Assembly: GCF_009914755.1 (NCBI RefSeq)
Contig: NC_060947.1
Source: the human T2T-CHM13v2.0 reference genome, Homo sapiens
DNA: 64,000 nucleotides
Strand: one strand, 5' to 3'
The position numbers were made by a program, and so were the translations under genes. Shown here piece by piece: positions 55,360-64,000 of the stretch (position 1 is its first letter; each line of letters begins with the position of its first letter). The notes beneath the pieces are model-generated. The model was not told the origin of the DNA. It made no database searches and saw only the letters and a program-made list of their open reading frames with translations.

Positions 55360-55670
55360 GGGGCTGATTTAAGGGTCCATGGAAGAAAGGCATGTCCATG
55401 TGTGGTTCTGTCTGTAGTACCATTTGGAGTTTGATTGCTTCTAGGTGAGAAGAGATAAATTTCAGTATGAATATGAGTGTTAACATTGCCACTGTTAGTG
55501 GGGGTACTATAGGCCACAATCATAAAAGTAGAGTTTGATAGCTGTCAGCCATTTTGACTGATTGAAATACTGGTTTGCCTCCACCAGATGTTGCTGTACT
55601 TTACCAGAACTGTTGATATAAAAGCAACATTTTTTTCTTTGAGAAATACATATATTCTCCTCTTGATTTG
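55360..55670 (-). pseudogene. env transmembrane-subunit remnants
   Basis: Hand translation: IYVFLKEK/CCFYINSSGKVQQ (frameshifted CX6CC region) and KFISSHLEAIKLQMVLQTEPHM..FFHGPLNQP (gamma-type env cytoplasmic tail). Confidence 0.8.
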
Positions 55671-56143
55671 CCATTAGGGGATAATTTCAGGTCTAGGTCA
55701 TCTTTTATAACTTGCAATATGATTGGGAGAAATAAGTTATTGGGTGGCTAGTGTAATTTTAGTGTTAACCTTCGCTAAATCTTTTCTGCAATTAATTCCT
55801 TCATGGCTTCCTCATACCATCTATGACATGCTTAAACTTTCTGACTTGTCCTAAACACCTTTCTTTTTAAACAACCGACTATTCTTTCTAGGACAATTAT
55901 TAACCATCTGCATAATCTTTTCACAACTTCCACGAACCACCTATGAAATGCTTAAACCTTCTGACTTGTCCTAAACATCTCTTTTTTAAATGACCAACTA
56001 TTTTCTTTAGAATAAGTATTTACCATACAAGATTCTTTCTTATATAAAATCTCTGTCATTTATAATCTTCTTTGCATAGCCAGAGTGTGACATAGTATGA
56101 AACCCAATAAAAAGTCCTAGCTGCCTCAGTGATAGTAAAACTT

Positions 56144-56326
56144 TCATGCTTCCTTTTTGTTGGCAACTATTATCCCTGCTATAAGGATATTAATTAAGAA
56201 AAATACTATAGCAATGGAAACTCTCTGTCTGATATTCCAGTTAGATGGCGTTACAGTATATTGTCTCACTGCAAATAGAGTAAGTATAGCAATTCCTGCA
56301 AGTGTGGTGTAGTAGATAATTCTCAT
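56144..56326 (-). CDS. Hypothetical 60-aa two-hydrophobic-segment ORF inside the provirus
   Basis: ATG-initiated ORF MRIIYYTTLAGIAILTLFAV..VSIAIVFFLINILIAGIIVANKKEA. No evidence of expression. Confidence 0.2.
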   Translation of the reverse strand: MRIIYYTTLAGIAILTLFAVRQYTVTPSNWNIRQRVSIAIVFFLINILIAGIIVANKKEA

Positions 56327-57627
56327 CTAAAATTTTACTCACCAAGACATAACACTTCCCTTTTTGGGGTCTATGAAATTTTGAATGCAAGCCCATGAAT
56401 AATTAAATTATCCCTGCAAGTATGTGTCAAGAAGAAGTTCTAATATCTGGTGGCACATCTCAAGAGGATAAACATAAATAACTGAAGGTAAAAGTTGGAC
56501 TGTGTAGGATGAGTAGACCTTGCTCATTTACTCATCCTTTATGATTTTCAGCTTAAGATAATCTATTTCTTCACATTGGTATTCAGGACATTCCTCTGGG
56601 CTGTCAGGGCTTGCTCTCTCAGCTTTCCAGGCTTTGACTCGAGTATGATGTATCCAGAAGTTGATACCTGTAACTTTTACCACTGAGGGGGTTGAAAGAA
56701 GAACAATGTAGGGCCCTTCCTAGCTTGGGCTTAAGGGAGGAGAGAGAGAAGGGAGAGCTTTTACTGATACCAAATCTCCTGGGTTAAATAAAGGCAGTCC
56801 TACTTCTTGGGGTTGAGCTTCTGCTAGTTGAATTAATTCCTGTTGAAAGTGAGCCAAAGAGGTTACACGCTTCTTTTGTTACCTCAGAGGCCTTTTCTGT
56901 ATGGCATGGAAATGCTTCTACACAGTTAGTGAAAGTTTCTACCCACACCAAGAGTTATTGGATGCCCTGCATCTTTGTCATGTGGGTGAAGTCTATTTGC
57001 CAGTCCTCCTGTGGACAGATTCCACCCTTTGGTTTGAGAAGGAAGGAACCGTCTGTTCAGGGGATTATTTTTAAGACAGACTTCACAAGCATTAACAACC
57101 TGTTTTACTGTTCTTAGTAAGTTCTCTCCTGAAAACAATTTCTGGGCACGCTGATTAAGTTTTATCCTTTTCCAAGTGAAAAGCTTGGTGAATAATTTTA
57201 AGGACTTTGCACTGGCTGGAGGCTGGCAAGTGGAGCTTGCCATCCTCTAACTGTAGCCATCTTGAGCGCTGGAAGTTGTACCCTCAAGAGGTGGTCCATT
57301 CTGTTTCTGTACGGGAATACTGAGGCTTGATTTCTCTTATGAATTTTTCTAAATTAGAGGGGCTTCAAGTGTGTTGATGTCATGAGGCTTCCTTGCTGCT
57401 GACTTGGCTGCCTGATCAGCTAGCTTGCTTCTTTTGGTTATTTCATCTATTCCTTTCTGATGTCCCTTACAATACATCATTGCCACCTCTCATTGAAGGA
57501 AAACTGAGGATAATAACCTGTTAATTTCTTGATGGTGTTTTATAGGAGATTCATGGGTGGTAAGAAAGTGCCTTTCCTTTCAAATAGGAGCATGAGCATG
57601 GAAAACTAGGAAAGCATACTTGGAGTG

Positions 57628-57719
57628 AGTGTAAATGTTAGCTACCTTTCCCTTGCTTAACTCAAGTGCACTTAGTGTAAATGTTAGCTACCTTTCCCTT
57701 GCTTAACTCAAGTGCACTT
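57628..57719. repeat. Perfect 46-bp tandem duplication
   Basis: AGTGTAAATGTTAGCTACCTTTCCCTTGCTTAACTCAAGTGCACTT x2 (57628-57673, 57674-57719). Confidence 0.97.
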
Positions 57720-57742
57720 ATAAGGGCTATCAGTTTGGCTAG

Positions 57743-58188
<446 letters not shown>

Positions 58189-59949
58189 TCAGTCTGGATT
58201 TTCTAGGGGAGTTTTCCTGAGATCTTCTCTGGCTGCATAGGTCTGTACCGCAATATGTTCACAGTCATGTTCAGGTTCCCCAGCTCCCTCAGGGAGGAAA
58301 GTGGCTGGGTTTAAGTGAGAGCAAGTTTTTAACTGGGTAGTGGAATCCTTTAACAGTAGACCTTGATATTTAAGGAGACTTTTGTCTTTTAACCAAAGGC
58401 TTCCCCTAGAGGACAGTAATCCTGCCACATTATGTGGGGTATAAACAGTTAAGCCATTTCCCAGGGTTAATTTGGAGGCTTCTGGGACCAGTAGGGCCAC
58501 CACAGCAATGACTCAGAAGTGTGCTAGTCATCCTTTAGCCACCAAATCTAGTTCCATACTCAGGTAACCCACTGGCTGTTGAGCTGGACCTTGGGCCTGC
58601 GTTAAGACTCCCAGGGCCATTCCCTTCCTTTCTGATACATACAGACTGAAGGTCCTTCCTATGGGAAGGCTGAGAGTTGGTGCCTTAAGTAGGGCCTGCT
58701 TTAGCTGATTAAAGGCCTTTTGAACTTCAGGTTCCCAGGTTAGGAGATGAGTTTTAGCTGCTTGAATTTCCCTTATGAGCTGATACAGAAGATAAGTGAT
58801 CTCATCGTACCCAGGTATCCATAGCCTGCAAAATCCTGTAATGCCCCAAAATCATTTTAGTTGCTTGAGAGTGTGGGGGAGGGGGAAAGAAAAAATAGGC
58901 TTAATCCTTTTTTCCCCTAATGCTCTGGTCCCTTCAGACAGCATTAAACCCAGGTATTTCACTGAGGTTTTGCAAAGCTGAGTCGTAGATTTGGAAACCT
59001 TCTCTCTTCTGTCAGCTAAGAAATTAAGAACAGCTTCAGTGCCTTCCTGAGATGCTTCCTCAGCTGGGGCATAGACAGAGCAGTTTATCATTCACATATT
59101 GCAAGACCTTGACCCGAGGATGAGAAAAGTCAGAGAGGTCTTTTGACAATGGCTGTTCAAACAAATGAGGGCTATCTCAAAATCCCTGAGGCAGCACCAT
59201 CCATGTTAACTGGGTGATTTGGCCAGAGGAATCTTTGAAGGCAAACAGGTATTGAGAATCAGGATGTAAAAATATACAGAAGGCATTCTTTCAATCTAGG
59301 ACTGTCCCTCAGGTATTTGGGTCAGCAAGGTATAGGGATTAGGTACTACTGGATGGATTGGGGCTATGACCTCATTAATGAGGCAGAGATTCTTCACTAG
59401 TCTCCATTCCCCACTGGATTTTTGCACTCCTAATATTGGGGTGTTGCAGGGGCTGGTTACAGGGTTTGAGGAGGCCATGCATCTGGCTTCTAGCCCTTTC
59501 CTAGCCTCTGGCTTTAGGGGATATTGTTTCTGTTTAGGAAGAGAAGTGGGATCCTTAAGATGGATCTGGATTGGCTTAGCAATTACAGCTTGACCTATTC
59601 TTCCTTGAGTTGCCCACACTTCTGGATTGATATTAGCTTCCACCAGGGGGAGACAAAGAATTTGTCCTGAGGCTATAAGGATGCTGGCCTGCATGCAAGC
59701 TAAAATATCTCTACCTAGTAAAGGAGTGGGGCTTTCTGGTATGATTAAACAATCATGTGTAAATGATAGGTTTCCCCATCTGCAACTAAGGGGTTGAGAA
59801 AAGTAAGGGATTAGAGTTTTTCCTGAGATGCTACTCACAGTCATACTACAGGGAAAGGGGAAGCCTGGATTAGAGAGGAGAAGAGAGATACTGGCTCTAG
59901 TGTTCACAAGGACATCCACCTTCCTTTCTTCAATTTGCAGAATCACCTA

Positions 59950-61200
59950 GGGCTCCTGCATTTTAATGGCAGTTTAAGCCACTGGAGCCAGGAGTTTGAG
60001 CCCCAGGACCCATCAGTCCTGTTAGACCATCTGTGAGACTGGCTCTGAACCCAGTGACCTTCATTTCCAGGGGCAGTCTGATTTCCAGTGCCTCCCACCA
60101 CAGGCTGGATAAGGTTGAGGTGGCTTCCTTTTGCCGCCTGGGCACTCCTTAAAGTGCCCTGACTTGCCACACCAATGGTAACTAGTGGCACCTCGGTGAT
60201 CCTGGACTTTGTAAGTCTGCAAAACAGCTATTAGGGCCTCTGTCCTTCTCTTTTGCTTCTTCTCTTTCTCCTGGACCTCCTTCTGGCTGCTATTATAAAA
60301 GCTGAGGTGGCCACCCTCAGGAGGTTCTCCAAGGTGCTATCTGGTCATATAGCATGCTTCTGTAGTTTCCTTCTAATATCAGGAGCTGCCTGTGTAATAA
60401 ACTTGTCCTTTAGGATGAGCTGTCCCTCAACTGATTCAGGGTCTAAGGAGGTGTGTTTTATTGGTGCCTCTCAGTCTTTCCATAAAGGCTATGGGATTCT
60501 CATCTGGCTTTTGATATATCATGGACAGTTTAGAGTAATTAATAGATTTTGCCATAGTTCTTTGTAGGTCCTCCAATATGTACATTAAAATGTGTTTCCT
60601 TTTCCATTAATCTATGGCATCATTGGGGTTCCATTTAGGGTTGTTAAGAGGAACTGCTTTTCTTCTTATTAGAAATGATATTTCCATTATTTCTTCATCT
60701 TCCCTATCTCCTTTTTTCCTTTTTGGTTTACCATAGGAGACATGTTGTTCACCTCCAAAATTTTCTCCTCCCTGCAGAGGTGCCTGCTTTTCAGCTGCAG
60801 TTAGGGTTTGGCTTAGGAGCAGCATAAACATCCCTCCATGTGAGGTGAAACATGTGAGTTAAGTTTTGGAAAGCTTCTATTAGGGTCATCAGAAAATTGG
60901 CCTAAGTCTCCCTTTATTTGCCTAAGATCCTGCAATGAGACAGGAAGTTGAGGTGATGCCAAATAAGGGGTATTCTCAGTAGGTTCCTCCGGAAGTTGGT
61001 TTTCAAATTTTGGGAAATTATTATCTCTGGGCCTGCCAGATACGACTGCTAAAAGACCTCGGTTGATTATGTAATACCTGCAAAGGTCTAGTAAGAAGGC
61101 CATGTCCTTGTGCAAAAGAAAATGAGCTGCTTTTTTTTCAAAGTCTTGAGGTCAAAGCTTTCCCTGTGCTTCAGAATGCACTCCAGAGGATCTGAAGATG
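59950..61200 (-). pseudogene. gag remnant
   Basis: SLQDLRQIKGDLGQFSDDP and MLLLSQTLTAAEKQA (HERV-W/9-like capsid motifs); frameshifted. Confidence 0.85.
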
Positions 61201-61970
61201 ATAAGGGAAGTGAGAAAAAGGCGTCCCTTTAGCCTCCTTCCTTTTGATGTGACAGAGGGTGGAGAGGAAGACAGTGGGGGCATCCCTCCTGCTGTTTTCC
61301 CTCTGTGGTTCCTGGGGTCCTGGCACCTTTTTAAATGTGACACCCGTGGTTACAGGTGTGACTTCCCCAGCCATAGAACCAGAGGAAATAAGTGATGGGT
61401 TTTAGTCACCCTCACCCATGCAACTCTGGTCCTCTGCCTGTGATTTCCCTTTGACTTCCGAGACTTGTGTGGCCTGTGTGGCTTCCAAAAAAATGGATAC
61501 TGGGAGAGACTTTGTAACAGTTGCATTTGGGCAACTGTTGCACTTCCCTCCTTAATGAAGAAAGTGTGCTGGTTTGAGCTTTATATCCTGCTATTATGGT
61601 CCATGCTAAAGCATTTACCCTTAGAAAATGGTTCCAGTTAACTTCCAGACTTAAAATCCCCTACTAATTAAGTACCATTCTAATTGGAGGCAGAATAGGT
61701 GCCTTAAAAGAATATAGGGACTGAAAGGCCATTTTCCTGCTGTTAGGACAGTATAGAGCCTAAAATTTGGTTCTCGAAGACATTTTACTCCTAATTGTTG
61801 AAGGCAGAGTTCTTCCATTCACAGAACTGGCATACAGCCTGGTTTCTAGTAGAGAGGCACAAAAAGGGGAGAGAACTGGGAAGCTATGGTGTTACAGTAT
61901 AGGACCGACAATGTGCCTAATGGAGAGGATCCTTATTCCTCTAGGTGGTGGTGTTTACCTTGAGATGATG

Positions 61971-62090
61971 TGTGCTCTCCAGACCAAGGGCAGAGTGACC
62001 TTGACATGCCATATGCTCTCCAGACCAAGAGTGGAGATAGACCTGAAAGTGTCATGTGCCTCCAGACCAAGGGCAGAGAGTGATGCCCAC
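61971..62090. repeat. Three diverged ~40-bp repeats in the proviral leader
   Basis: CTCCAGACCAAG(G/A)G core occurs three times. Confidence 0.75.
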
Positions 62091-62705
62091 TTTGTGGTGG
62101 GGGTGGGGTGGGGGAGACCCTCCATTCCTAGAAAATCACAAAAATGCCTTCTTTGAGCTATATTTCTGGTTACTATGACATTCCCTGGGTCTTGCGAAAC
62201 AAGATTATTTGCCTGAACTGTAAAACTTCCCACACATTGCATGCACAGAGAAGATAAGAGATATGATGGTTGTAGACAGGAAAGGAGGAAACTATGATAC
62301 GAAAGTTGGAGATCCTGTTGCTGACAGGGGTGGTTGGAAGCTGGGGTCAGTTCAGAAGCCTTTGGATAACACTGGGGGGTAGCCCCCACCAGAAATCCTC
62401 AATTGCTCCAGGACTTCTTCCAACCCCCTGTGATGGCTAAGTCCTCCAGGAAAAGAAGCTGATTCAAACATGGCCAATATGCCCAGCAACCCATGGGTAC
62501 TGGGGGATTATCCATGTTCTCCCCAGCAAGCCTACCCCCAAGTCTTGTAAGGCTGGCAGCCAAACTAATCATTTTTAAATGGCTGAAGGGGGCCCAGTAT
62601 TTGGTTTGATTTGGTTCTAAAATGGAGGCCAAGAGCCTTGGAATGAAAGAACAGAGTTGAAGTTCACTCCTCTAGTCACCGTTTTGATGAGTGTTGTACC
62701 TTGGT

Positions 62706-62724
62706 ATCTTGGACGAGGTCCCCA
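62706..62724 (-). other. Primer binding site, tRNA-Pro (degenerate)
   Basis: TGGGGACCTCGTCCAAGAT vs canonical TGGGGGCTCGTCCGGGAT, adjacent to the 5' LTR. Confidence 0.85.
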
Positions 62725-64000
62725 GTATGAAACAGCTACATTGTCTGGGGTATATACCCTGGGGTTCGTCGTTGCATGTCAGGAAAATTTAGGACACGAA
62801 CACAGATGAGGAGTTTAGGAGAGGAGGTTTAATAGGCAGAAGAAAAGAGAAAGAGAAACAACTCTCTCTGAAGAGAGAGAGGGGTCTCCAAGTGGAAACG
62901 ATCAGCTGGTGGCAGATGCACTGGATTTTATAGCCAGGTTTGAGGAGGTAGTATCAGATTTATGTAGGGCTCAGAGATTGGTTTGATCAGGTATGACGTA
63001 TACATAATGCATGAGAAAAGCTGATCACCCCACCCTAATCTTATTATGCAAATGAGCTTTCCATTTAATTGGCACCATCTTATCTGCTTCTTACTATACA
63101 TGTGGCTGACAAAGAGAAGGGAAGATGGAGCCACCATCTTGAACATGTCCAGTCCTTATTTCCTGCTGGCATTCACCTGTACAAGCTCCCAGCTTGCTTG
63201 TCTATGTCTGCAGTTCAACTTCACATGTGGCTCTTTGTTAGAAAATGATTTGGAGCTGTTTTCAATTAAAAAGAAAAGCCTTACTGAGGACTCCCAGACC
63301 CTTACTATTTGCCTAAGTGATTTCTTCTTAACTCCTGTATCAGCTGCATGGTATTCTATGGTGTATATGTACCACATTTTCTTTATCCAATCTGTTAGTG
63401 ATGGACATTTAGGTTGATTCCATGTCTTTGCTATTGTGAATAGTGCTGCAATGAACATACACGTGCATGTATCTTTATAATAGAATAATTAATATTCCTC
63501 TGGGCATATACCCAGTAATAGGATTGCAGAGTCAAATGTTCGTTCTGTTTTAGTTCTTTGAGAAATCACCACGCTGCCTTCCACAATGGTTGAACTAACT
63601 TACACTCCCAACAGTATATAAATGTTCCCTTTTCTCCACAACCTCACCAGCATCTGTTATTTTAAGAATTTTTAATAATAGCAATTGTGACTGGTGTGAG
63701 ATGGTAACTCATTGTGGTTTTGCTTTGCATTTCTCTAATGGGCAATGATAATGAGCATTTTTTCATATGCTTGTCGGCCACATGTATGTCTTCTTTTGAA
63801 AAGTGTTCATGTCATTTGCTCACTTTTTAATAAGGTTGTTTGTTTTTCTCTTGTAAATTTGTCTAAGTTCCTTATGGACGCTAGATATTAGACCTTTGTC
63901 AGATGCATAGTTTGCAAAAATTTTCTAACATTCTCTAGGTTGTCTGTTTACTCTGTTGATAGTTTCTTTTGCTGTGTAGAAGCTTTTTAGTTTAATGAGA

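Noticed and set aside
59296-59946. 216-aa ORF, the longest in the window, as a functional gene
   Set aside because: Protease-RT fragment with the catalytic Asp lost (NTRA) and an internal frame disruption.

Overview
AT-rich primate (most likely human/hominoid) genomic DNA with no recognisable cellular exon, RNA gene or CpG island; roughly two-thirds is transposon-derived. It holds three two-LTR proviruses, all on the minus strand: a young 5.7-kb HERV-H/LTR7 (11409-17124, His PBS, LTRs about 97% identical) inside a MER39-like LTR; an ancient ERVL provirus with LTR53-like LTRs (21286-27599) carrying nested MLT2 and Alu insertions; and a HUERS-P3-like/LTR9 provirus (54616-63342, Pro PBS, GCTG TSD) inside an L1PA15/16-like element. 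There are also many solo LTRs, Alus, L1 fragments, MIRs and a Tigger2a fragment. All ORFs in the track are retroviral remnants, Alu/L1 read-throughs or chance ORFs. I see no evidence for a wholly new multi-gene system. The most unusual items are: a 41-bp inverted repeat enclosing five 18-bp tandem units that are templated from adjacent DNA (28012-28205); an L1PA 3' transduction with a 14-bp TSD (36467-36864); a HERV-H with intact promoter, SOX-type motifs and splice donors; a pair of overlapping small hydrophobic ORFs between pol and the env remnant of the HUERS-P3-like provirus; a near-perfect double-AP-1 hairpin in the old ERVL; and a perfect 46-bp duplication in a decayed pol gene. Repeat family names come from my recall of consensus sequences, not from a database search.
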